This document shows, one piece after another, positions 26,256 to 37,607 of a stretch of 64,000 nt of DNA. The notes beneath the pieces are model-generated. The model searched no databases, was not told the origin of the DNA, and saw only the letters and a list, made by a program, of their open reading frames with translations. The stretch comes from Bispira polyomma. Its lineage: Eukaryota. Made by a program: the position numbers and the translations under genes. The stretch spans positions 35,712,001-35,776,000 of the forward strand of contig OZ287756.1 of NCBI GenBank assembly GCA_965649765.1. The letters run 5' to 3'. Numbering within the stretch: the first letter of the stretch is position 1; the number at the start of each line of letters is the position of its first letter.

Positions 26256-26819
26256 CCTCATACCACACACTTTATATTTATATATTGTAAATCCAGACAA
26301 ATTAGGCTACAGTCTCTTGAGCTTGTTAAGTTTCCTGTGAAAATGGCTTGTACCAACTGTTAAATGTCCTTAGTTCGCCAAACCCAGAGTTCTATGATGA
26401 GGGGATATACAGGTTTTCAGACTTGGCCTCTTTTCACCAATTACGATGGTGTACTTCTATACTTATATACTGCTTACACTTACAGATATGCTCTATTTAT
26501 TTAGCTACCTGTGTGTGTGCATATTTTGTTGTATTTATAGCAGACCAGGAACTATACACAAACTCTTTTGTGGATACATACAACTCCACGTTTGTATTGA
26601 TGTTGGAGGCCAACTTCGAGTTAAGCTTATCTAAAGATGTGCTCGAAGTCCAACTTATGATCCTTAATTTGGCAGCCTAACCATAACATACTGTGGGAGG
26701 CGCACTTGTATAAAATTGACCTATGTACCTAACTTGTGATTTTTGTTTTTCCAAATGCACAGCTCTGAAAGTAACAATTCCACAACCTGGCATAGGAAAA
26801 ATATCAGTAACTGTGTACT

Positions 26820-29112
26820 CTCTTTTACGAAAGTTGGCAGATACGGCCTTCGTCAAGCCTCCTGCTGATAATGCCAGTGACCAATACACACAGTACTGCA
26901 CTGACCTGCAGTCTCTTATAGAACGCCATGCGCCATGTAAATCAAAGACATTGAAGAAGCCGGCACCTGAGTGAATCACCAGTAATTATCGTGAAATGAA
27001 GATGCTGCGCAGATAAGCCGAACGAACATGGCACCGAAACAAAACTACTACAAATAGATCTAGACTACGCCAATGGATCACCCGGTGCAACAACACTATA
27101 AATGACTCAAAACGTGCCTACTATGCCAACATGACATATCACAAAGCAAGGGTGACCCGAAGAAACTTTGGCAAAAGCTAAATAGCACCCTCCACCGTAA
27201 AAAACAGACTATACTACCCGAAAATTGCAATAGCAAATCACTGGCAAACATTTTTAGTACTTTTTTCACTGATAAAATTACCAGAATCCATGACCGTTTT
27301 ACATTAGTCGCCCCAAATGCCCCTTTACCAACAGCTCCACCAACCGTCTTCAACTGTTTCTCCACAGTAACTGTTGATGAAGTCAGGAAAATTATACTGG
27401 CATCACCCGTAAAATCTTGCTTGCTAGATCCGTGGCCCACATTCCTTGTTAAGGAATGTATTGACATTTTATTGCCCTCAATCACAAAACTTATCAACCT
27501 CTCGTTGGTAAATGGCGTCTTTCCAGATGATTTTAAAAAGGCCATTGTCACTCCTTTAATAAAAAAACCTTCTCTTCCAAAGGCTGACTTGAAAAATTAC
27601 CATCCTGTCTCAGGCCTTTGCTATATCTCTAAGTTGGTAGAACGCGCGGTTGCCTTACAGATCAAACAACATGTTGACGTCAGCAATCTGTCAAATAAGT
27701 ATCAGTCAGCGTACAAAAGTGGTCATTCTACTGAGACTGCACTTCTCTGCATCAAAAATGATGTTCATAAATCTTTATCCAAAGGTATGCCTACTGCCTT
27801 AGTACTGCTGGATCTGTCAGCAGCTTTTGATACTATTGATCACAAAGTTCTTCGTCAGTGCCTATCGTCTTGGTTCGGTATCAGCGGTATGGCGCTTAAG
27901 TGGTTCACTGCATATTTGTCTGATAGATTCCAATCAGTCAAAATTGGCAATATCTTATCCGACCCAACATGGTTCAAAGTTGGTGTTCCCCAAGGTTCCG
28001 TCCTGGGTCCCATTTTGTTTTCCATGTACACCACTCCACTCAGCAAGATTATTGCTGCATACAAAAACATAAACTTTCACTTCTATGCTGATGATACCCA
28101 ACTGTATATCCACCTTACACCTGACTCTGCCAAGGCAGCTTTCACTTCCTTACAGAACTGCCTTGTTGATGTACAACACTGGATGGCAGCAAATAAACTC
28201 AAGCTGAACCCTGAGAAGACTGAGTTTATTTTGTTTGGCTCCAAGTCGCAACAGGAAAAATTGTCCTGTTGTTTTCCACTTGACATTCTTGGCAGCAGGT
28301 TTTCTCCAGCTGACAAAGTACGAAATCTGGGTGTGGTGTTCGACTCTGAATTCTCCTTCTCTAACCATGTCGCAGCGGTGTGTAGATCATGTTTTGTTGG
28401 CCTCCGTGATTTCAGGCGGATTCGACGCTATCTTTCCAAATCCACTGCAATCACTGTTGCCAATGCTTTGGTCAGCAGCAGGCTTGATTACTGCAACTCT
28501 TTGTTCCGTTCCTTATCTCGTAGTGATCTCAGACGCCTTCAGAATATCCAACACTCGTTGGCACGTATTGTGACCAAAACTTCTAAATTTTCCCACATTA
28601 CTCCTGTACTCAAGTCACTGCACTGGCTCCCAATAAAGTATCGTGTTGCTTTCAAAACAGCAACAATAATATATAAATTTCTAAATTCTGGATTACCCAC
28701 TTATTTTAGCCCCCATCTATCCAAATATACATGCTCAGTCAGGACAAGGCGCAGTAACCCTGATAAATTATACCTTAACATTCCCACTTTCGACCTTCGC
28801 ATCCACAAATCCAAAGTTCAGTTCAATCACTGCCTAGCTCATGATGGCCCCCTCATTTGGAACAGCCTACCTGATCATGTTCGCCTGGCTCAAACTTTCT
28901 CCTCTTTCAGGAGTAAGCTGAAGGCCTATCTTTTTGAACAGGCTTTTCCACCTTAGCCGTCGCAACCATTTACGGTAGTCTCCCTGGTTACGACTTCCAT
29001 CCGCCCACTATTTTTGATTTTCGATTAACGTTTTGGGTTTGTTGTGCCTTAGAATTTGTTGTACAAAGATTAAGCGCTATAAAAGTACGACTAGATTAGA
29101 TTAAATTAGATT
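26820..29112 (+). mobile_element. L2/CR1-group non-LTR retrotransposon lacking the endonuclease region
   Basis: ORF2 linker (LIERHAPCKSK..., KGDPKKLWQKL) with stops at 26972 and ~27013 and a frameshift near 27135, then an open RT frame; 3' stem-loop and (TAGAT)n tail at 29091-29112. Confidence 0.93.
27421..28956 (+). CDS. LINE ORF2 reverse transcriptase domain and C-terminus (frame open from ~27140; probably not independently translated)
   Basis: RT motifs LLDLSAAFDTIDH, GVPQGSVLGPILF and FYADDTQLY; L2-type SRLDYCNSL and HITPVLKSLHWLPI; ends with KLKAYLF. Confidence 0.9.
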   Translation: MLDPWPTFLVKECIDILLPSITKLINLSLVNGVFPDDFKKAIVTPLIKKPSLPKADLKNYHPVSGLCYISKLVERAVALQIKQHVDVSNLSNKYQSAYKSGHSTETALLCIKNDVHKSLSKGMPTALVLLDLSAAFDTIDHKVLRQCLSSWFGISGMALKWFTAYLSDRFQSVKIGNILSDPTWFKVGVPQGSVLGPILFSMYTTPLSKIIAAYKNINFHFYADDTQLYIHLTPDSAKAAFTSLQNCLVDVQHWMAANKLKLNPEKTEFILFGSKSQQEKLSCCFPLDILGSRFSPADKVRNLGVVFDSEFSFSNHVAAVCRSCFVGLRDFRRIRRYLSKSTAITVANALVSSRLDYCNSLFRSLSRSDLRRLQNIQHSLARIVTKTSKFSHITPVLKSLHWLPIKYRVAFKTATIIYKFLNSGLPTYFSPHLSKYTCSVRTRRSNPDKLYLNIPTFDLRIHKSKVQFNHCLAHDGPLIWNSLPDHVRLAQTFSSFRSKLKAYLFEQAFPP

Positions 29113-30309
29113 ACTTTACTGACTGTAAAGTCATTTATAAAGTCAAGCCCCCAAAAATGTTAAAATGAAATGATTCACTTTGTTAACTGTTGCTGACTGT
29201 TGGAAAGCACAAACACCTTGTACGATGAACCATGACCTTGTACCATGACCTTTACTTGACCTTTGACTTGCCTTTAAGCTTCATTTAATTTCCCCTCCCC
29301 TTGCCTCAACCTTCTGTATAGCCCACTAAAGGGAATGGGTTTGTGGTCTATAAACTTTTAACTTCATTTCTTTCCTCTTTTTAATTTATCCTAAATAAAA
29401 TTTTAAGATTTCTTATTTTTGAATAAAATTTAATTCCAAAGTTTTTATTACTATATTAGACTGCATTGTTTAATTTGACATACTTATATGCTCTTTTAGT
29501 CCAGTGGATGTTTTGTTACTAGCTATATTTATATGTCAATATATATGTGTATGTATAGTGTATAATATTCACAGCATTTGAGCTGAAGGAACCATAATTC
29601 AATATTCACAAGTCAGCACAATTATCATACTGCCCAGCAGACAATATTTGTGCTTTCTGAACTGACCTATTGTTAGACATGTATTCCCACTGCTGTTTTT
29701 TGTGTTTGTATAATTGTATTGACTACATAAAGCTCAGTATGTACTGACCCACCAAAAAACCACTAATTAAAATCATGCAGAGCTGCATTGTTCTTTTCAT
29801 CCATAGCCAATAATAAATCTGAGTAGGTTCTATAAAACTCCTAATTATCACATGATCGATACACTGCATTAAAGTTAATACTAATATCATCTGCTGGGCT
29901 TTTTTGTTCACTGTTTTAATTTTAAGGTACTGTATATATCTAGAAATAAATGTAGACCTCTTGAGACTTCTCAAACATGTAAATATCACCAAATGTGCAG
30001 GAATAGTGTTGTATGTCAGTAAACTTCTATATCAGAGTAGCTATGTCCAACCTCTGTACTCCATAGCACTTCTGTACTTCAGAATAACAGTATGTGTCCC
30101 AGTCTCAAGTTCCAATTCCAGCGATACTATAAGTGTGTGGCAAATACTAATGATAATCTATGAAGGTATATTACAGTCTAACAGTAGTATATAAAATATA
30201 GCCAGCCTTAGCAGGTAGGAATCCCAGCCTGCAGGTTTTACTAAATGGGCAACAACATTGAGATTTGGTAAAATGTAAGAAAAACTTAGAAAGCTAGAAG
30301 TATACAGAA

Positions 30310-30450
30310 GCCAAACCTATCATGAAAATTTGGTGAAAATCCATGCATGGGTTTAGCCTGTGGAACACCTACAAAGTTTAAGACTTCTATAAATCTTAAA
30401 AGCATTCCCATGGCAACAGTTGTTGCCAGATACCCCCAAAACCTAATCTG
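30310..30450 (-). mobile_element. Helentron/HINE-like non-autonomous element fragment
   Basis: Reverse complement of the segment at 30806-30857, plus CCATGGCAAC/GTTGCC motifs typical of such repeats. Confidence 0.45.
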
Positions 30451-30721
30451 GAGTACACAACTAGTGTGAGGTATGTGTACTTACTGAGACTTAGTGGTAT
30501 TCTGATGTACTGGTGTACTCTGGGCTAAAGTGCACTATACTCTGAGATATACAGTCACACTAACACACAGTGGTATTCTGAAACTCATAATACTGTGACA
30601 TATACTTATACTTCGAGAGCTTGGGAGTCAGCCCCCTTTTATTCTCTGTCTGTGTATAAGTATAAATTTGTGAAGGCTGGTGTAGACCTGATGTTATAAC
30701 TCTATTATATAAGTGCTGCTA

Positions 30722-30895
30722 GTGGTTTTTAACCCCAGTTCACAAAGGCTGTGGTTATATTCGTCCCCTGCGCCATCCGGGCGGCATCGGCGGTGGCGAG
30801 CATATACTTTGTGGGTGTTCCACAGGCTAAACCCATGCATGGATTTTTACCAAATTTTTAATATATCTTTACCCCAAGAGGATCTAGAGCTGACT
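30722..30895 (+). mobile_element. Helentron/HINE-like element 5' fragment
   Basis: T-run start TTTTTAACCCCAG, short GC-rich (GGC)n stretch, then CATGGATTTTTACCAAATTT, an organisation typical of HINE 5' ends. Confidence 0.45.
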
Positions 30896-30974
30896 ACGCG
30901 TTTACTTGAGACAACCCCCAGTGTCTTAGGCTACATATGTACTTCAGAGAACACTAGTATATAAAAGCACAACT

Positions 30975-31470
30975 GTATCTCAGAGTACCTGAGTACCTCC
31001 AAGTGCACTTATTCTAAGAGTACTTCAGAGTACTTTAGAGTATCCTTATTCTACGAATACTTATGAGTACCCTTATTCTAAGAGTACTTCAGAGTACCCT
31101 TACTCTAGGAGTACTTCACCTGTAAATCTGTACCTCGAAAGTACCATATACCAGAGTACCCTTACTCTCAGAGTACCTGTGTTGTTCCGAGTACTCTTAT
31201 TCTCAGAGTACTTCAGAGTACACTTACTATCAGAGTACTTCAGAGTACCCTAATTCTAAGATTATTCCCGAGTACCTTTACTTTCAGAGTACTTCAGCGT
31301 ACCCTTACTTTTATTGTACCATAGCACCCTTATTCTAAGAATACTTCAGAGTACCCTAACTCTTTGAGTACTTCAGAGTACGTCAAGAGTACACCGATAT
31401 ACCAGAGTATACCTGTTTATCTCTACCTAAGAAGTAACCCATATACCAGAATAGCCCATTGTTCAGAGTA
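30975..31470. repeat. degenerate GTAC-rich minisatellite (~28-bp unit)
   Basis: Repeated TACTTCAGAGTACCCTTA(T/C)TCT(A/C)AGAG. Confidence 0.8.
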
Positions 31471-33439
31471 GACCCTGGAGCAGAAGAGTAGGTCAGTTAC
31501 CTATCAGTTTTCAGGCTGGTTTGGCTTTATGCTATCATACCGAGATTACTGTCATCTAATGCAAAGTTTCCATTTCACATGTAACCGGTAGAACAGAAAC
31601 AAAATACTATCATTTTTTTAGTAAAAAGATTCATATATTACAGAATTTTCTTCACTGAAATGAACATGTGAAATATAAATCCATTGGTTACATGTCTATA
31701 TTGTAACTGTACTTTATGATTTAATTGTTAATTTCAAATGGGTTTGTTAAGGTTTCTCTCTTTCAAAGTCCCAATGTAATTATCTTTGTTTTCATTTGAT
31801 ATAAGAAATGGGAAATTTCGTATAATTTAAACTTTTTGGACGTACCATACGATAGTCAATAAATCCCACCTTTAAGAAAATATTAAATTTCTTTTCACCA
31901 AACATGACACAATATGAGCTTACTGTTGTGAAACAAAAACCACAATTAATTTGTGTGTAAATCAAATGTCTTAGTTGTGTTAACAGAGTTTAAAGAAAAG
32001 CCTACAAAAATTAGCTGGCTATTTTTGAACAAGTAACCTTTTTGACCCTTAAAAGTAATTTTAAATAATAAGAATTATTGTCATTCTTTTCTTTCACTAA
32101 CAACCAAAAAAAAATATCAAAGAAATATATTTTAGTGGGATTTTTTTATCATTCCTTGAAATAAAGCATTTTTATTTAAAGAGCAAATTTCAATAAGTAG
32201 TTTTTTTTTTTTGCTGTGTGTAAAACTACTGAAAAAGGTGCTTGTGTTGGACTTTTAAGCGGTCTGGTTTTATTTATCGAGAGAAACAATAGCCTCAGGT
32301 TATTGGACAGGGTTTCACAATACGTTACAACCTGAGTTTGTTGACGTTTTCAGTTACAGCCAATAGTCCCGACAAGGGCCTGTGTTAAATTGGAGACAAT
32401 GGTGCAACTTTATGGATCTCAGAGTGTGTCTATTTGAATGTGATTGTATCTTAAAATTAAAATACATTTTAAACCTTGTAAACAAAACAAAACTTTAAAT
32501 ACTGTACTTTTTAAAGAGGCAAAACAACACATACATACTTTACAGGCTTTTTTTTTTTTTTGGTTAACAGTTTATAAAGGTAGAACATTTATAAAAAAAA
32601 TTATATAGCAACAAGATTGTGTTATGTGACAGTAAAATTGAGAGCAGCCTTAAAAGGTTGGGTTTTAGTGGTCACCAATTTTTTACTGGTCACATTTAAA
32701 GGGTGTTGTCCCTGCAGGTACAAACAGACTGGTGTTGACTCAGGCCATTGTAGATTATTGGACATTTCCCCCCACAAACTGTGTACATTATCAGCCTTCT
32801 CTTGTATGACTATTTACAACTTAGTAACCATTACAACAAAAAGGCTACATTGCTTTCAAAAAGAGTACACAGCTTTCTTTCGTTTGAAATCAAGCAGACG
32901 ACACAGGAGGAAGAAATGGTGTCTGTTTGTGGGGTAAATATTTTCTCGACGAGAAATGTAAAAAAAGGGTAAAAAAATAACAGTAAAAAGATCAGGACTA
33001 GGTGGTAATTTTACCTGTATGACATTGAAAAGAACCCAATTGACCAAATAGTAGATAGGCTTGGTCAACACATAACTGTGTATTCAGCTTAACAAATACC
33101 ATGTATGCTGGCTTTGATACTGTTATTTTCCATTGATTGTTGGGTAAATTGTTCTGTTTAAACACAGTGGCTATAGAGAGAAGGTGGGGATATGATTAAA
33201 TCAATGATAATTTCCCAACAAAAATTTAAAGGGCCACTATTTTCCAAATGCAACCTGTTTCTAGAAAATCCAGACTAGAAGCAATGTGTCCACTAGCCTG
33301 GTCAAAGTCTCTAAGTTTTGTTTCTTGAAAAATTCTAATCCATAATAATCAATTGGAATTGACTAATCTAATTATATACTTAAATATCAGCCATGGTGTG
33401 TGCTAGTAGGTAATGTGCTTACATAGAAACTAGCATAAC

Positions 33440-33670
33440 CCTAACTAAACAGATATGCTTGATGATGACCATTTTGGAACATGTGCAAGGTTCTTTAGCC
33501 TGCAACTGGGTATATGACTCAGTTTGTGGGGGGATAGAACCCATCACAGAGGACCATCCTTTTAAGTGATCATCCAAGTCACTCTGTACCCTATTGCACC
33601 AGCCTGGGATTGAACCCAGATCATCTGTGTTACCATGCAATTGTGTTACCCACTAAGTAACTTTGGCTGA
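33440..33670 (-). mobile_element. SINE family B
   Basis: B-box GGGTTCAATCCC on the minus strand and the core ACTTGGATGATCACTTAAAAGGATGGTCCTCTGTGATGGGTTCTATCC. Confidence 0.65.
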
Positions 33671-35542
33671 TTCTAAGTCAAACTTTGTTGTTCCAAATGC
33701 AAGGATATATTTTGGGTATTCGTTGGCAGATGTATAGATTATATTTGTAAGCCTGGGGAAGGGCTAGCATATTCCTAAAAGTGTTATCAAAACACTTACA
33801 CACTCTTCATACCCCGGGAAATGCCACCGAATACCCGCTTACAACAAATAAACAACACGTCCGTTACGTCACACGACCACAGCGCCCGATGTTTGGCTTA
33901 ACCACTGTAGCTGTCAAATACACAGTACGGGGCGCCGACTACTGTGTTTGTATTGTAAACAAATTGTAGGGCCTCCCAAATTGTGTAAATAACTGTAACC
34001 ACATACATATTATACATACTAGGCAGTTGTAGGTGTGAGATGTATCCAGAAAGTATCCACAATGTGATTGGCTTAAAGTATGGATTTACATGGTTTGAAA
34101 AATCTGTCTGTAATAATCACCAGCCACCCCTCTCGTAAAGTACTATTCTCATTTTGTTTTTGTGTGACGTCATATACGTCAGTTTTCTTTCTGTCTTGAG
34201 ACTTTCTTAATTGGTGAAGGACTGACTAAGGGTTTAGTGAAGACAGTGAATCTGCATTGAGGAAGTACACAACTAGGTGTAAATAGTTCAGTTTATATAA
34301 GAGAGTCACAAGTTTTGCTCATCATAAGACAAACATATTAAATTTGTAAATATGAAAAAGATCTAACCCACCGGTAGTTTCATTATGATGGTAAAGTCAC
34401 ACACAAAAACACATATACGTTAGGCACTCACTCCAATAAGTCTAGGATAATACAAGGAAAGGAATAAAAAAAGTAATTTCTGATGTCAATATAAAATAGC
34501 AAATTGATTCTCACGGAGAGACACTTTAGCATACTGTCTATCCTATATTCCATAGCGTCTACGTCCCAATGTGCACATCTGCATCATTTAAAACAAATGA
34601 GGGTGGTATTGCTATTTAAATAGTTCTTTGTAAAAAAAGAGTTTTCCTTTTATTATGCTGATATATTTATCTGAGGTAACAGACTATTTTATGAAAAGTA
34701 CATATTTAGAATTGTTTTAATGCTATGCAGAATTCCAGGTATATGTGAGGGTTTGTTTTGCTTGAAAAAAAAAAAAATGCTGAAGTTTCATGTTTGTCAG
34801 AAAATTCCATAAAATGTGGAACTATTTTGAAATATCCATAAATAAAATCAACCCAGGATACTAAAAGGTACTAGGGTGGACGTTAAATATCCAAATTAAA
34901 ATCCTTTCATCAGATTTTCGTCACATCTGATTCGATGTGGGCAGACGCCTGTTGCACCTTCAGATGATATTGAGAGGTCGGTCAGACTTTTGAACAAAAA
35001 TGCAAAAATTCAATTTTCATATTGTTATACTATATGCTGTAATGTTAAGGAAGTCGTACACTTGTTGACAGACTTATTTCGTAGTTATTACCAATAAAAC
35101 TATTTTCATAGTTCTCCTTATCCAGAAAGTAAAAAGGAATACCCGTCTATAAACCTAAATATCTGAGCCGTTTCTCAACGGATTTTTATGAGAGAAAAAA
35201 AACATAGTAATTCTAATAAAATAAGCCTTCTCACACTATTTGACCATCAAAATCCTTAGTTGCACTACAACACACACGCATTTACTGTGACATAATGTAC
35301 ACATATAAATAACCGTAACTTTCCTGGTCAAAAAAACAAGAAGATCTTACTTATATGAGCACTACTGATTAAAATCTGTACACATTGTTAAAAATTATTT
35401 TCAAAACATATTATCCCTTTGTGATAAACGTGAGCCTTAAGTAATAGGCTAGTAGATAATAAACTCTAGTAGTTCAATAAACTCCAGGGCCTGTATTCAC
35501 AAATGGTCTTCGTCTTAACTTAGTCCTAAACTTAATATCTAT

Positions 35543-35786
35543 GTCTAAAGTATTTAAGACTACCTCATGTTAGTATAAAGTATTTAAGACTGCCTCCTGT
35601 TAGTCTAAAATATTTAAGACTGCATCCTGTTAGTCTAAAGTATTTAAGACTTCCTCCTGTTAGTATAAAGTATTTAAGACTGCCTCCTGTTAGTATAAAG
35701 TATTTAAGACTGCCTCCTGTTAGTATAAAGTATTTAAGACTGCCTCCTGTTAGTATAAAGTATTTAAGACTGCCTCCTGTTAGTCT
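35543..35786. repeat. 30-bp minisatellite, ~8 near-identical copies
   Basis: Unit TATAAAGTATTTAAGACTGCCTCCTGTTAG. Confidence 0.95.
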
Positions 35787-35946
35787 CATTGTTAAGTACA
35801 AAGTTAAGGATCAACCAAAGATCCGTCCTTACTGTAGCTAAGACTAAACCCAAAATATTAAATATAATATTAACCTTTTCGTCCTGGTTTGGGTTATTAG
35901 TCTTGTAAATCTTAGAAATATTAACAATACTAATATATATAATAAA

Positions 35947-36172
35947 CTCCCAGTTGACCTCAGATCAGTGGATACACTCATCGGTTTTAGGAAAAAGCTT
36001 AAAACCTATCTTTTTAACCGTGACGACCCACCTCAGCTTCCCTCGTACACGCTCCTACTTCTTTCCTTACGACTTTCCTATGCCCATGGACTTTACAATT
36101 GGATCAATGATTCTGCTGTTGCGCTTTAGAAGATGCCTAGCATCAAAAAAGCACGTTAAAAAATCATAATAA
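35947..36172 (+). mobile_element. L2-type LINE 3' fragment with (ATA)n tail
   Basis: LPVDLRSVDTLIGFRKKLKTYLFN plus a 3' stem-loop GCGCTTTAGAAGATGCCTAGCATC...AAGCAC; highly similar to 53467-53692. Confidence 0.8.
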
Positions 36173-37576
36173 TATATGTGTTATTATTTCAAAGTTTGAA
36201 GATATATCATTTATATCACTTATAGGTTCCAACCAATACTTATTGGGTGTTGCCCTCCTCCTAGTTCCATTGCCCTTCCTCGGCTGATCTTGGATGTATT
36301 AACCTTTTCGTCCAAAGTTAAAAGCCAAACTCTAAAGCTTAAGGCCACGTTAAGAATAAGGCCTTTTGTGAATATGACCACTGGCCCCTCCAATAACCGT
36401 GTGTGTTCTAACTATTGTCTGCATGTTATATACAAATACAACAAAATTGCAGACCATTGACTAATTTAGATCCAAATCTAGGTTTACAGTTGATTCAATG
36501 TAACTTCTGCATTATTATACCGTGTTTTACATGTTTAGGTCACACAAACTAACAATACATACCAATATTGGATCGTCAAAAGGTAGGGATATTTGGACAT
36601 CATTCCCAAGGATATGCAAACAAGTGTATCTCTTTTGATTAGCTTTCTAGGTTCTTACACCTTGTTTGTACATCTGACACTAGTAAAGCATTTGACTCTA
36701 TATATATTAACATGACTATTACCATCACTATACAGACTAGAGTATAAAAAGGCAGACGACATTGAATGATGAATAATTCCCTGAACAAACCCTACTCACA
36801 TAGTAGGACCCTTCCCTGTACAGTAATCAGAAATAACAACAGTTACAGACTACTTCTCTTTTCAATACATATGTGTATGCAATGAATTGACTTGTAAACA
36901 GAGTTTTAAATTTCAATAACATTCTTTTTTCGCCATTTTTACCATTCATTGTGGTTTTATAATAGGCTAGATGTATACATATATGTATACAAAGACGGGA
37001 AGAAGTCAGGAGTCAGTGCTTTGTTTGTGGCAGTGAAAGGGTTAAGAGAGAAATGAGCCTTTTGTATTTATATAGAGAGGAGGGGATTTTACATCAACAG
37101 ACCACACCCTTCTGTGATTAGTCAGTTTGTGGTAGTAAGAAGAATTCATAGCTCTTTAATCATTGGTTTAAATTATATGAGAGATTACAAATTTTAAAAA
37201 ACACACTTGAAAAATATGCAGTAACTGTTTATATAGATTCTTCACCACCAATATTTAATTTAGAAAAGGTTTCTGGTTTAAAAGGCTACATGCTTTTTAT
37301 CAGGCACAGCCTGATGTGGTTTTCATTTTGAACAAGGAAACAACCATTGCAAAAGGCGGCGTCATTTTAGAAAAAATATGTAGGGCCTTCATAGATTGGT
37401 TGAAGGGTGTCAGATTTATCCTGAGTATATAGTGGCCGTACCAACGTTAGTATATTTCATTCATACTGTACACCTGTGTCTTTTTAAAGAGACACCTCTT
37501 GTTTTCCAATGAGCCAGTGTGGGGGTTTTGGGCTGGGAGAAATTGAACACCGAGAGCAGACAGAAATCTTAGTCCT

Positions 37577-37578
<2 letters not shown>

Positions 37579-37607
<29 letters not shown>
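37579..37607 (+). repeat. poly-C tract (29 nt)
   Basis: Uninterrupted C run read directly. Confidence 0.95.

Larger units (their letters stand above)
35488..36380. mobile_element. Harbinger-like MITE carrying an internal minisatellite and a nested L2 fragment
   Basis: TIRs GGCCTGTATTCACAAA ... TTTGTGAATATGACC; internal sequence is homologous to the short copy at 60894-61146. Confidence 0.65.

Noticed and set aside
27096-28573. Several overlapping short ORFs on both strands
   Set aside because: Shadow frames of the LINE RT ORF.
35565-35801. ORF (LTGGSLKYFI)n and CRISPR-like appearance of the array
   Set aside because: Head-to-tail 30-bp minisatellite with no spacers, inside a MITE, in eukaryotic DNA with no cas genes.
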